Positions 24,701 through 37,505 are shown, counted from the stretch's first letter. The stretch: DNA of 64,000 nucleotides from Octopus sinensis (GCF_006345805.1 NC_042998.1:181846001-181910000); one strand, 5' to 3'. The notes: generated by a model from the letters alone, not told the origin. Program-made: numbers and translations.

Positions 24701-27699
24701 AGTACTAAAGAAGCTGTGACAAGGCTGAAAGGTCATCTCTAGCCTAAATTGTACCCATATGTGCGTGTATCAGCAAGAAAATTGGCAATAAAAAAAGAGA
24801 GCATTGAATAGCCAGCGCCGCCTCGACTGGCTTCCATACCGGTGGCACGTAAAATGCACCAATCCGACCATGGCCGTTGCCAGCCTCGCCTGGCACCTGT
24901 GCAGGTGGCACGTAAAAAGCACCCACTACACTCACGGAGTGGTTGGCGTTAGGAAGGGCATCCAGCTGTAGAAACATTGCCAGATAAGACAGGAGCCTGG
25001 TGCAGCCTTCTGGCTTCCCAGATCCCCAGTCGAACCGTCCAACCCATGCTAGCATGGAGAACGGACGTTAAACGATGATGATGATGATTCTGGAGTTTAT
25101 TCTTGTGAGTCTTGGAAATGCAGTTGTTAGCGATAGAAAGGACATTCAGCCATAGAAACCATGCAAAAAATTTCAAGATGTGGTCCTGGACCTGTCTAGG
25201 AGAGTAGTAACAGAAGAATTGAGTCATATTCAACTGCTACCAGTATGGAAATGAGACATCGTGATGATGATGACAACGATGTCAGGAATTCAAAGAGACT
25301 TAAACTGCAACTTCCTATTCCCATAAACTCAACAGTGTAAGAATAATCTAACTTGCAATTTATTGCTGTAACAATAAACTTGCCGACATAAAGCTCAGAC
25401 AGGAGTGTAAAAATAGAGTTGACTTTTCACAACTTCTCTTTAGCAAAGAAAGAGACATCTTTTTTTCTAAAATCAGATATTTGTTAACAATTTCTTTTCC
25501 TGATCCTATTTTTAACAAGGGGTTAATTTTAGAGAAAGTGGTGCGTGTATGTAAATGATAGGATGTGTGTGTGTGAGTGTGTGTATTGGCAGTAATAAAG
25601 TTTATTGCAGATAGACAATATGTGATAGTAGTATACTCCGACTAGTCGTCAGAGCCCAATGGTTGAGCAGAGATTTGGGATCTACTGTACCATGCTAGCT
25701 CATTGCAGGTTGATATAGATTGAAAATCGCTTAAATTAACCTTGATACATGATTAGGAATTTATAGACCACCCACCTAAAAAAAAAAAAAAAAAGAAAAG
25801 AAAAGAATGAAAAGTGAAGTGGATCTCCAAAGAATTCAGGCTCAGCAAAAAGTCAGAACAAATATTACAAGGCATTTTGTCTGACACTTTTAACAATTCT
25901 CCGAACCCATCGCCCTTACATGTTCATGTATGTATGAGTTACATATATATATCCATAAAAAAAAATAATTTTATTTTCATTTAACTCTCTAGCATTCAGA
26001 TTATCCTGTCATACGCCATGCCTACATAATCACATTTTTAAAAATTAATCATGCATTATCTCATAGCTTCAAGATTTCTTGTAGCAATTAAATTATGATG
26101 GTTTATATTTAGAATGACATTGCAGGGTAAGTGTGAGAAGCCAGATCTGAACAGAAAAACAGGTAGAATATTTGGGCCAGATATGGCTGGTTTAAATGCC
26201 AAAGAGATAAATTTATTAATGAATTTTAATATAATTTATATTTGATATAATTTATATTTTGGAATGGAGTATAGTTGGTTATTACAACCACACAACTTGA
26301 CCTGAATCTAAAAGATTGAAATATAAAAGGGACATAAATCTTACTCTCAAGTATACAAAGCAATATCAGTAGGTATTTTACCAGAGAGCAAACAAAAATT
26401 GACCAGTACATTACACTGCAACAAACTGGTTACGCTTTTATTGCTGGCTCACACTTTTACAGTTTCTCAGAAGTCACGAAGTAAGATTACAATTTTATTA
26501 GACTATTCAACCTAATCGTTAGAATAAATATTTACATCTTTACGATGTGATTGGTGATTGTAATCAGGTGTTTTATTTCTAGACTAGCACTCTGACCCGG
26601 TTTTGCCAGGTCATAGTTCTAGTGCATGCATGCGCACATACACACGAGTACTGTCCAAATCTCCGACCAATCACATACAGCTAGCTGGCATTCAATTAGC
26701 GTATCAAGTTTCGGGCATTTTGATAGGGTTTGGATAGAAAATTCACAAAAAAGTCACTTCTATTGATTTTTTAATGGCTTTGTGGGGTGACTGGGGAAAT
26801 GTAAAGATGTGCACGACCACCCTTGGATGGTTTTGAATGACCATAGAGAAAGTGCGAGCCCTCTAACTAAAAAATTGTGGATTTGTATAAAGGACACACA
26901 CATAGACAGACATTTTGCTGTTTATATATATAGAGATGTCTTCATAATCGCAGATTAGATTCAAACTGGGAACTTTTATTTCATTCTTATCCACCAAACC
27001 ATTTACACATATACAATTAATTACTTAGAAAATTATAATTATATTAACAACAAACCATAGACATTTTCAATTACTTAGTTTAGTACTGAAGTTATACATT
27101 AAAACACGATGCAGTTAAATATTCAATACAAGAAAGCACATGGCATCATCGGTATTTCTTTGTAACATTTGAATATAAATAGACTATAAGTTATAGGACA
27201 TAATATCAATTCTTTTATCTTTTATAATTTACTTGCTTCAGTCATTAACTGTGGCCAAATTGGGGAACTGCTTTGAAGGGTTTCAGTTGAAAGAATCAAC
27301 CCCCGTACTTTTTTTTTAAAGTTAAGTATTTTATCAAACTTTCGTGCCAAACTGCTAAGTTAGAGGAATGTAAACAAACCAACAATGGTTTTCAAGCAGT
27401 GGTGGGAGACAAACGGACACACATATGAAGAAGACACTTGCCCAAAGTGTCACACAGTGGGATTGAACCCAGAAGCATGTAGTTTGGGAGCAAACTTTCT
27501 TGTTTTTACATAATACTTTAGTAAAATATTCACTAGCTGCAGAAAAATTATAGTTCAAGTACTGAGGCACTGTAACCATTTCTCGCATAGGTAAGAGATG
27601 TGTATGTAACAGGTGGAGGCAGAGGGAGGAGTTTGTAAAAAATACTGCCATATATGGATCGTCTCTATCTTCCACCCTAACCTGGAGATAACTATACAG

Positions 27700-27738
<39 letters not shown>

Positions 27739-30700
27739 AAGGTTTGAGCAAATCTAACTCAAACTATTAGTGACCTGAGATGAGAGATTTCTTAAGAGAT
27801 ACGTTTTTTTTGTTGTTTTTTTTGCTTTTTTAAAGTGAACTTGAGATCTGATACAAAACATAAAATTAGGTCAGGATTTTTACCAACCTCATGTCAATAT
27901 GACACTATAAGTACATGCATGACAACATATCACTTTTTTTGGAGTACATTTTGTAATGAAACTATCTTCACAACACAACCATGTTTATTTGGGTGGGGTG
28001 GGGGAATACAATTATCAGTAGTAACAGGAACATTAATTAGTTATGTTACTGATTCTGACCTGAAATATGTATTAGTAGGATATTGTATAAAATAGGACAG
28101 AAGTTTTGCACTTAACATAAATGATATATCAATAAAAATGTATTTGTGTATAAAAAACAAAACAAAGATCATTGACTTCCTTATTTTCAATCATCAAATC
28201 AATGTACTTGTCCATAACGCATTTGCATCATTTGATATGCTCCAATAATTTAAAGTTTTTTTGTAAATATGGCTCTTCAAATTCATATATATTTCTTTAC
28301 TACCCACAAGGGGCTAAACACAGAGGGGACAAACAAGGACAGACATAGGTATTAAGTCGATTACATCGACCCCAGTGCGTAACTGGTACTTTATTTATCG
28401 ACCCCGAAAGGATGAAAGGCAAAGTCGACCTCGGCGGAATTTGAACTCAGAACGTAACGACAGAAGAAATACCGCTAAGCATTTCACCTGGCACGCTAAC
28501 GTTTTTGCCAGCTCGCCGCCTCTGGCTCTTCAAATTCATATAGATGGATGAATTATTAGATCTTCATTATTTATTATTTAATACCTATCTCTTTATACTG
28601 GCATGATTTGAATAAGAATACATGCAACCTTATCTCTCATCCTAATCGTTGCAGTACACGGTGCTTTTTCATCCAGTACTTCTTATCCATTCCAACACTC
28701 TTGCATACATCAGTCTTTAATATTCTGCCACTTTCTCAGATAACTTGTATTCTGCTTGTCATGCAAGTTAACATTGCACAACCAACTATTTTTTTTTTCC
28801 CCCTCTGCATTCAAAGCTCATGGCTCACTTTAACATGCAGCATTACACTTCTTACTGTCTACTTTTTGCCAAGAGAGAAAACCTTTGTTGCCAACAACTC
28901 CCTAATCTTTTTCGTTCATTTCTTACTCTAGCTGCAACTCATTGCAGCCACCTCCAGTAGTAATTAGATAACTAGCAAACAGAAACCATCAACTATTTCT
29001 AGCAAGTTAGCTGAGCAGTTTATTAACTATATTACTACTGACTACACTGGTACATATATCACTTCTATAAACTTAGTTCTGTCAGCCTGCCAGAGATCCT
29101 ACTGCATTTTGTGTGCCTATTCATTTCACTGAGTAGAGAGATAACTTCATGAAATTTTATTGACCAAAATATGTAACTACTTCATCGGCTTATGTAGAGA
29201 TGAAAACCTCCCAAAGATAACATTTATTTACATTTTATAAATATAATTGATCCTTGATCTCTCATGGTGTTAGACTAAGATCTATCTCGATCAAGAATCA
29301 AGAATATATACCAAGTATTAGTGAACTATATTTATGTACAACAGCCTACCTGACAGTCAAACTTAATGTAGAATTTCTCTGAATCGTTACATAATGAATT
29401 TGACCTTTGGTATTTCTGAAACATCATATGTTTCAACGGTGTTTGTTCTAAGTTCTTTTCAGATGTGAACAGCTAATTAAATGTATACCACTGAATAATT
29501 CAGCACATTATATATTCATAGCACAGATCTAATAATAAATGATTACAATAATCATTACTAGTTTATCTAGAAGAACATAGATTCGAAAGTATATTTAAAT
29601 CACACTATAAGAATTGGGCGTTTTCCATTCTTTCCACATTAGAGAACTGAACTAAAATTTGAAATAACACATCAATCTCTATCATAAAAGATACCACAGC
29701 CACTCAACTGGTTTGCTTTGTATATTACTACCAAAAAATTCTATAGAACTCTTTCTACACACCAACATATATCATAAAACAATGGGTTAAATATTCCGTC
29801 TTTCTCTCAAGAATGACATCTTCCCAATATATTTTGGATAACTGAAGATTAACATTAATTCTTTCAGCTAACTTGCTCCCCCAATTCAAAACAGTAAAGT
29901 TGGTGTTACAACATTTTGTCATCAGCTTAAAATAAATAAGTCAACCTTTTCATATTAAGTAATCCCTATAAAGAAGCAGAACCTCAAATGATGAAAATAT
30001 TTAAGCTGTCCAGAGACATTCCTAATAGAGATGGTTTGTCAATGCATCTATATCTACAGTGGGCTACGAATGGAACCAAGTCTTCATAATCAGTCACTCA
30101 GCTACTAGACAAAGTTACATATACAACAGAAACCAATAACCACTATAAATAATAATTTTTAAAAAACTTTTAAATCACTCCAAACACTTCATTCGCTACT
30201 TTATATTTAAAAATTTTAAAAACAAATTTCGAAAGCAGGAACTCCCTACGCAATAACTCGACATGCTAAAATAGCAGCTAAATCTTCCTTTCTATCTTAC
30301 GGAAAAAAGACACATTAGATAATATAGTACTAAATATGTCCTAGAAAATGAACAAGATGGTCATGGCTGGGGTGTCTTTGACCACAAGTTTGCTTAAAAT
30401 CAAGACTAACCTGTGGATAAAAACAACACCCATCATCCATTTATCTGTAGTCTATAAATTCTTTTAAAAAACAATAGCAGATCCATCCAGTAGATTATCC
30501 TAACCTTGTTTGAAAATAATAAACATTCCACAATATTCAAACAAATTAACACACACCAATTATAAAATTCACGCTGCTTTTCGTCTCCATGACAGCTGTA
30601 TGGATTGTTTCTATACTTTTTGTTATAAATACGTATACACTGATTAATTTATACATTGAATAGGTCAGCTGAACGGCTTCCTTTTAATGCCAACCATTTG

Positions 30701-31135
30701 TCATTTTATTATAATTGCGTTACAGATCAACTGCTGGTAATATAAGTTAAAAATCATACTCTAAAATTTTACATTGTTCTCATAAACAGTTTTAAAAGTT
30801 TCCTCCATATCCCAAGTAAGATGCCTGATGTAACTCGACGAAATAACTATACTGATAATAAGGTCGAAGCAAATGTTAACTTAAAGTAAATAAGGAAATC
30901 TAGTGTAACAACCAAATAACTATATAAAGCTTCTGAAATTTGACAACTCATAGTAACTTAGCTCTAGTGATCAATTTCTGTAAATTGAGTCTACAAAGCC
31001 AATATATTTAGGCAACAGGTGGCTTTACAAAATTACTTAAAATTTGGAATACCAAACATTCACATTTTTTTTCCCTGAATAGTAAATATTACCAACACAC
31101 ACACACACATATATATATATATATGTGTGTGTATG

Positions 31136-31183
<48 letters not shown>

Positions 31184-31915
31184 GACAATCGCAATGTGCT
31201 CTAACTAAATACTAATAATTATATAAGTTTTAATACATTGATAAATAATGAGAACTGAGTAAACAAAAGGTGACGTTAAAAGTGATTGACTATTGAAAGA
31301 CACTCTCCAGATTATATAATCAACAGAACAGATAATATCAATACAGTATAGTAAAATGTAGCAGTCAGATAAAAGATGAATGAACGTGTAAAATTTTAAC
31401 AATGCGTCTTATGTGAAAGACACTCCCTGTTGTTTAGTGCAGAGAAGTTTGTAGTCTCCCCTTCTTTAGTCGGAAGTTGATATAGTATGAGTGAGAGCTA
31501 TATGAGGTGGGTCAGTGAAACACTGAACTTTTATCAACTTTCAGGCCTATCACACATATGCATTCATACATTAATAGAGTTTTTTCGTAACAAAAACTAG
31601 TTAATTGGAGTAGGCTAATGTATCGGGCGGTGAGTGATATTCACACCACACACATCTATATAATAATTAGCTCTAATAACTACTTATTGGTAAATGCTAT
31701 CTATCGATCGATGGATAGATAGATAGATATCAATGACACGAGAAAAGAAAACAAATTGCCTATTTCGAAAACAGAATTGGCTATGGAACTGGGACTGTCT
31801 ACACTGAGATATCACACAATTATGGTTATCATTCCAAATCGACATCAACTTTCACTTTCAAAATTGTTATAAAAAACGCACGATACTGGAGCAACTTCAA
31901 TTATTATTGGAACTA

Positions 31916-31966
<51 letters not shown>

Positions 31967-32856
31967 TAGAAACATTGCCAGATAAGACTAGAGCCTGATG
32001 CAGCCTTCTGGCTTCCCAGATCTCCGGTCGAACCGTCCAACCCATGCTAGCATGGAGAACGGACGTTAAACGATGATGATGATGATATATATATATATAT
32101 ATTATATATATATATATATATATATGACAATCGCAATGTGCTCTAACTAAATACTAATAATTATATAAGTTTTAATACATTGATAAATAATGAGAACTGA
32201 GTAAACAAAAGGTGACGTTAAAAGTGATTGACTATTGAAAGACACTCTCCAGATTATATAATCAACAGAACAGATAATATCAATACAGTATAGTAAAATG
32301 TAGCAGTCAGATAAAAGATGAATGAACGTGTAAAATTTTAACAATGCGTCTTATGTGAAAGACACTCCCTGTTGTTTAGTGCAGAGAAGTTTGTAGTCTC
32401 CCCTTCTTTAGTCGGAAGTTGATATAGTATGAGTGAGAGCTATATGAGGTGGGTCAGTGAAACACTGAACTTTTATCAACTTTCAGGCCTATCACACATA
32501 TGCATTCATACATTAATAGAGTTTTTTCGTAACAAAAACTAGTTAATTGGAGTAGGCTAATGTATCGGGCGGTGAGTGATATTCACACCACACACATCTA
32601 TATAATAATTAGCTCTAATAACTACTTATTGGTAAATGCTATCTATTGATCGATGGATAGATAGATAGATATCAATGACACGAGAAAAGAAAAATTGCCT
32701 ATTTCGAAAACAGAATTGGCTATGGAACTGGGACTGTCTACACTGAGATATCACACAATTATGGTTATCATTCCAAATCGACATCAACTTTCACTTTCAA
32801 AATTGTTATAAAAAACGCACGATACTGGAGCAACTTCAATTATTATTGGAACTATC

Positions 32857-32895
<39 letters not shown>

Positions 32896-33011
32896 TAGAA
32901 ACATTGCCAGATAAGACTAGAGCCTGATGCAGCCTTCTGGCTTCCCAGATCTCCGGTCGAACCGTCCAACCCATGCTAGCATGGAGAACGGACGTTAAAC
33001 GATGATGATGA

Positions 33012-33077
<66 letters not shown>

Positions 33078-36000
33078 GTTGTCTACTCCTTATACAGAGT
33101 TTGACCACCTCCTGTATCTACACTTTAGAACCATTATGGCATCTGATGTGGCTTTTTAAACCAATGTTTTGAAAAGACACCCACATTGACTGCATATCCG
33201 ATTTTGGACTATCAAGACCTGTAGTTAAGTTCCGATCTTTGTGGATCTTAAAATATCATTTGAGGCCTCCATTAGATTTCCAGACCTTTTGGCATACATT
33301 GCACTGAAAGGTGTGTACAGACATAGAGGCAGAATAGTTCGAAGTTCGTTTTCCATATGTTCGCAAATGAGATTTGAGCCCAGCAAAAGAAAGGCATGGT
33401 CTGTCACAAACTGTGCGCACAAAAAGGTCAATGTGATTCGCCTTCTTGATCGTAACATATATAAACATGTTTACGTCCATGTTTACGGATTTTGGTTTTG
33501 AAGCAGATTGTGGTAAGGATGGATGCCTTTCCTAGTGCCTCTTAACGAGACGCGAGGATACAGTGTGCCTAATCTAAAAACCAGGGTACTCACCACACAC
33601 ACACTAAGCATTATCATTAGATCATTTTTCTTAAGTCGTGCCACTAAATTGCCTGTGCCTCGACTTACGACAAAAGGTCTATCCCAATACATATGCTAAA
33701 ACAAGGTAACAATTACTGTTGTTTGTTCACAAAGATCTAAATGAGAAATACCTAATAAAATACGCCTAAGTTAGCTTCTTATGGCGCCAACGAGCAAAAA
33801 TAATCATCCTAATTCACAAGAAACTTTATTTCTGACGTTCACTATCGATTATCGACAAATTAATTCGCGAGAAAGAAAAATCTTTTTTTAAAGTTTAATT
33901 CAAGTTTAATGAGTGTTCCAAACGACTGATCCGAAGGCAGATTTTGTGAACCCGAAGGATGACACGAGAAATACTAATTTCATCAGTGTGACTAGAGGGA
34001 GTATAATCGAAGGAATTCCTTTGCGAGCTGTTAAAAACAAAACAGGTCGTTCCCAGTTATGTAATGCATTAGAACATTTGAATGAAAGTTGATTGCGAAA
34101 TATTCCGGTAGTCACTGAACAAGTCATCTAATAACTAGAGGCCTGTACCGATTTCAGATTTTAAGCATGAAATAAGTTTCATAGAACCATTTTGCCTTAA
34201 ATTAAGTACAACTTTCGAAAGGCGTTAGCTTTTAATGAATGAATTTAACCAGTAAGCAAAACACCACACATTTATTTATACGTTCAATTAGATGGGAAGA
34301 GTTCAGTCACCGAAATCTGTTTTAATGCAACTAACGTAGCTATTTGTTTTATCGGCATAAGTAGTCAATACCGACTAAATTCCAACTCAAAACGTAAATG
34401 TGGGAGGTCATGTCGTTTCTAAATGAGACAACGGAGACACCTCTGCCAGGCCGTTTGGTTTGTTAGAAATAGCAATCTGCCCTCGAATCACATTCCATCA
34501 TCATAAAAAGGGAAAAACACACATGGTCATGGTCGGAAAGTCATTTATCAAAGGTCTGTTCAATTACGGTTGACTTAAAGAAAGAACTCCAAGAGCTTCT
34601 AGACCAGTGTTTCTCAAATCTTTTTTTTTTTAACCTTCGGATCACTTTGATCCTCGGTTATTTTACTCAGATTATTCTACTGCTTTGATCCTCGGACTCA
34701 GATTATTCTACTGCAAGTCATTCGGTGTTTAAAAAATTCCCATCATATTTTGATAATTAAATATTATAAGGGACTACATTTAAAAAATTGTTAAATAGTT
34801 TGTGTGTTATAGAAGTATAACCAATTCATTGCAAATAAATTTTAACAACAAAATCTTATATGGACCCCGATTGAGAACCACAGCAGCACGAGACAGTCAC
34901 TCGATCCCTAAAAAATATCAGCGAAGTTTCCCTCAAATCAGACCTTGCAGTCTTATTAGAGAATAACATAAAAGACACCGGTTAATGAATTCCTGGATAT
35001 ACAAAAATACAGGTTGGTCAAGGCCGACACACCTTTCATCATGAGCCTACTCGATCAAGGCTGACCTGAGACTCAACAATAACAAAATTAGGTCTACTGA
35101 TAATTTTTAAACCGTTGTTTCATATCCAATCGTATTAACCAAGTCAACTATTAAACAATAAATGAATTCTACTTGGAGCATGTTGTATTGATTTGGCTAA
35201 TACGATTACACATACACATACATAATGTGTGTGTGTATGTGAGAGAGAGAGAGAATGAGATGGAGATGAGATGAGCTGAAGTGGCAAATGTTTGATAGTC
35301 TCCTTGAAATGTCTAACGGAGACGAAATCTTTTGTTTTTGTTTTTGACATGTCGAGAAAAAAATATTCATAAAGTGGACATCAAACATGGAAACGTGATT
35401 TAACTAAGTTACGTCACAAAATGATAGCAATTCGTCAAGGGTTAACATAAGCATCATACCTACACACACACACTATATATATACACATATATACATATAC
35501 ATATATATATATACACACACACACACATGTATATAATGGCGTCCGGAATATCGAGTAGTCACGCCTGGTAACCAGCCAGTGTGTGTGTACACATTAACAT
35601 CACTATTTTATACACTGTTTTCTTTCAGACGTTTTCAAAAAATAAACTCAGCTTAATATCAATTCTGAGAAGAATTGAGACAATCAATCTCCAAAATGAA
35701 ATGAATTTCACTAACAAATTCAGTTCAGAAAATACATCGAGAAAATAGTGCGTAAAACAGCACCCCACGTGGTGCTAAGAGAAACTCAACTCACGTTTAC
35801 AACAGACTTGAACATTCACAAATAACGTCCCTAACATTAAAAATAATTTTCCCAAAGTTAAATCTTTATATAGATTGAAAAAATGTTAATTACTGCTCGA
35901 TTTCCAACTGTTGTCACTGGACATTAAATTCTTGGATGTGGAGATATATTATTGAATACGTGTTCATGTTATATAACATACTTACAGAACATAGGCCAGG

Positions 36001-37475
36001 ATCATGTGTTTGTAAACTTGAGAATATTGATTTCTAATATATAGGCACAAGCCGCTATTGTGAGATAAACTGCTTAGTAAACATCTTTTATTATTATTAT
36101 TTCATATCTATCAAACACTAATGAAAAGAACAATCAACTATATTGTTTATTACACAGAATCACGGAATACGCAGTTGAGGAACAAAACCAGAGAGGGATG
36201 TAGAGATGTTTATTTCGATGAAGCAGACACTATAAGTTAAACTGTTGTTTCTAGCGATCAGAGTAAAGTGACATGAGATTTTCGGTTGGAATTATTACTA
36301 TGTCAAAACAAACTAAAACTTAATAGTGATAAAGATATTTCTAACACATTTTAAATAACTATAAAGGCAATCTTTCGTTTGTAGTAGACCTTGCCACTAT
36401 AAACTCACCTAGTTATTAACTACTGGCACATGTAAACTAAGTGGGGGAGATAGTTGGAATGGATATAATTAGCTCGGCTTTCAACAGCAAATAACCTCTA
36501 TCAAATCACTTGGGGACACATTTATTTGACTAGTTTGTTATGAGAACAGTGCAGCCATTTTACCGATACTTTTGTTGTTTAGTAATCTAATACTAACAGT
36601 TAACTAAACACTTCAACCTTAGTGAAGGTCGAAATGGTTTAACCCATCTAGACAAAGCAATTGGCGCTGCAATCGGGAAATTAAGAGCTATTCTAAATAG
36701 AAAACTTTTAAGTCAGTGACCGAAACATCAAGGACGACCTTCATAGGTGTTAACCATGTGGTAGGGAAAATCATATCTATATATCATTGTACAAAGAATA
36801 TTGAATTACAATACGAGCATACAGGGTTTGTTGAATTAATACCGGCACACTAATACCGTTAGCCGTTAAAACTATAGCAATAAACCTGAATAAATGAAAG
36901 TAATACACGTTGAATTGATGCAATAACGAGGCCTTATTCGTACAGAAAGCAAGATCCTTTATGGTATAGTAAACTTTGAAGAACATTCTATGAAAAAAAG
37001 GTTATAAAACGTGGGTGAAAACGTGTCCAAGTTACAGTAGATACGGAGGAAATGTCACCAGCTAATTGGTAAAATAACTGTGAGAATTAAAGGTTAACTA
37101 AAGTTAAAATAACAGACCGGTGTGAATTGGTGGTAATCTATGGAATAAGTGAATGGGGCGAAAAGCTGAAAGAATTCTTTGCAAGAGTGGAATCTGATTA
37201 ACAGGTAGGATGTCTTAATGAGAGTGCATGTAAGTGTGTGCGAGAGAGAGAAAGAGAAAAGTTGACGTATATACCTTGATACAGTCGATCGGGTACATAA
37301 CGGTGTGCTCCAAAATCCCGGCAGCAGCACCTGCCATCATGTGAGTCACATTTCTGGCAGTTGACGGTAACGCTTCATAGGGGTTGTCGTCGACCCTTTG
37401 CAAATATGCCAAAGACGATGTCGGAGAGGAGCTGTTGACAACAACACCTCCACCTCCACTGTCATCGACCAGCAT
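6480..37475 (-). CDS. mfrn (SLC25A37/SLC25A28): Mitoferrin (mitochondrial iron carrier, SLC25 family), 4 coding exons, 342 aa
   Basis: Exons of 201+220+57+551 nt = 1029 nt join in frame with GT-AG introns. The spliced protein has three carrier signatures ([38 protein letters not shown]) and mitoferrin-typical motifs ([49 protein letters not shown]). Confidence 0.96.
7900..8680 (+). mobile_element. Highly decayed RTE LINE 3' end
   Basis: Remnant of the GRPRKTWDEVVK-DL coding motif at about 8110-8180 and a decayed tail (ggaaaggcatc...aaaaatgatga), homologous to 23100 and 58020. Confidence 0.5.
10539..10755. mobile_element. piggyBac-type MITE, family 1 (second copy at 25985..26206)
   Basis: Terminal CCCTTTA(C/G)CATT / AATGCTAAAGGG inverted repeats. 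Two homologous copies of about 220 bp, the second preceded by TTAA. Confidence 0.65.
10892..10948 (-). CDS. mfrn (SLC25A37/SLC25A28): Mitoferrin coding exon 3, 57 nt ([19 protein letters not shown])
   Basis: Acceptor tttactcttcag|CT, donor GATG|GTGAGC, phases 1/1 match both neighbours. Confidence 0.93.
12693..15217 (-). mobile_element. 5'-truncated RTE LINE 3' end expanded into a higher-order tandem array, with a terminal 83-bp fold-back
   Basis: (CAT)n tail at 12693-12723 and RTE tail, then about five 60-bp monomers. Six copies of the marker gatacaaattccattgatgttcatctatttt at 13291, 13595, 13929, 14263, 14670 and 14959. Perfect inverted repeat at 15043-15125 / 15135-15217. Confidence 0.85.
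16094..16314. mobile_element. piggyBac-type MITE, family 2
   Basis: Perfect 12-bp TIR CCCTTTCGTTAC with TTAA target duplication on both sides (16090-16093, 16315-16318). A right-end fragment recurs at about 60340-60410. Confidence 0.85.
18466..18685 (-). CDS. mfrn (SLC25A37/SLC25A28): Mitoferrin coding exon 2 (TRMQALRP...QQLAN)
   Basis: Polypyrimidine tract plus AG acceptor (ttttctcttttctag|ACAAGAATG). Continues K|TRMQ and ends AAT G|GTAGAA (phase 1). Confidence 0.92.
19607..21322 (-). mobile_element. 5'-truncated RTE-clade LINE (RT core, PHD-like finger, C-terminus, 3' UTR)
   Basis: [10 protein letters not shown]...[14 protein letters not shown] (YADD at 21057-21068), CSIC..CTQC..H..C..CGRC finger, [36 protein letters not shown] tail. 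Contains stops, frameshifts and a deletion in the HQGS region. Confidence 0.93.
21348..21879 (-). mobile_element. tRNA-derived SINE, family C, head-to-tail dimer
   Basis: tRNA-like head GGTCTAGTGGTTAGAGCAGCGGACTCGCGATCATGGGTTCGAATCTC. The second unit has most of its head deleted. A single TSD ctaaaattcata at 21336-21347 and 21880-21891 flanks both units. Confidence 0.85.
22440..23527 (+). mobile_element. Decayed RTE LINE (same lineage as 19607-21322, opposite strand)
   Basis: [54 protein letters not shown] and an RTE tail ending in GAT repeats. Confidence 0.85.
24313..24604 (+). mobile_element. tRNA-derived SINE, family B, 5'-truncated with an inverted 69-bp copy at its 5' end
   Basis: B box GAGTTCAAATTCC and the central CCTTTCATCCTTTCGGGGTYGATAAA..AGTACCAG block (resembles the Meta/MESC SINE domain, from memory). 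Arms 24323-24391 and 24411-24479. Confidence 0.85.
24800..25087 (+). mobile_element. RTE 3'-tail insertion (close relatives at 52530-52890 and, inside the duplication, 31960-32085 and 32895-33015)
   Basis: ggaagggcatccagctgtagaaac...ccaacccatgctagcatggagaacggacgttaaac(GAT)n. Confidence 0.8.
26583..26937 (+). mobile_element. Non-autonomous Helitron/Helentron-type (HINE/DINE-like) element
   Basis: Starts ACTAG followed by a short hairpin (gacccgg...ccaggtc). Ends acagacagac...tatatatatagagat. CpG-richer than its flanks. Confidence 0.55.
28290..28522 (-). mobile_element. Full-length, young SINE family B insertion
   Basis: Intact head GGCGGCGAGCTGGCA through tail GTAGTAAAGAAATA. Perfect 20-bp TSD tggctcttcaaattcatata at 28270-28289 and 28523-28542. 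Confidence 0.92.
31183..33015. repeat. Near-identical tandem duplication, period about 942 bp
   Basis: 31183 onward equals 32125 onward, with identical ORFs at 31205 and 32147. Differences seen: one C/T change, a small indel in an A-rich run and (GT)n length. Bounded by (TA)n tracts. Confidence 0.95.
33074..33480 (-). mobile_element. Decayed triple C2H2-finger coding relic, probably the 3' end of an RTE-like LINE
   Basis: [41 protein letters not shown] and (frameshifted) CSQCG...GLKSHIRCH, then a stop, a short UTR and a (TA)n tail. No TGEKP linkers. Confidence 0.55.
34605..34883. mobile_element. hAT (Charlie-like) MITE
   Basis: Ends CAGTGTTTCTCAA / TTGAGAACCACAG, with a small internal tandem duplication. 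No clear 8-bp TSD. Confidence 0.55.
37275..37475 (-). CDS. mfrn (SLC25A37/SLC25A28): Mitoferrin coding exon 1 (MLVDDSGG...YPIDCIK, 67 codons)
   Basis: ATG at 37475-37473, YEALP and [20 protein letters not shown] motifs, donor AAG|GTATAT (phase 0). Confidence 0.93.
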
Positions 37476-37478
37476 CTC

Positions 37479-37505
37479 TCAATTGATAATAAAGACAATC
37501 TTCAT
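37479..37505 (-). other. Short upstream ORF (MKIVFIIN*), in frame with mitoferrin and ending 3 nt before its ATG
   Basis: Minus strand reads ATG AAG ATT GTC TTT ATT ATC AAT TGA GAG ATG. Assumes this stretch is in the 5' UTR; the TSS is unknown. Confidence 0.55.

Noticed and set aside
29420-29480. Possible hammerhead on the minus strand (CTGAAAA...GAAACATATG)
   Set aside because: Core mutated, no NUH triplet in register and stem II unconvincing. The ATGCGTC at about 31404 was rejected for similar reasons.
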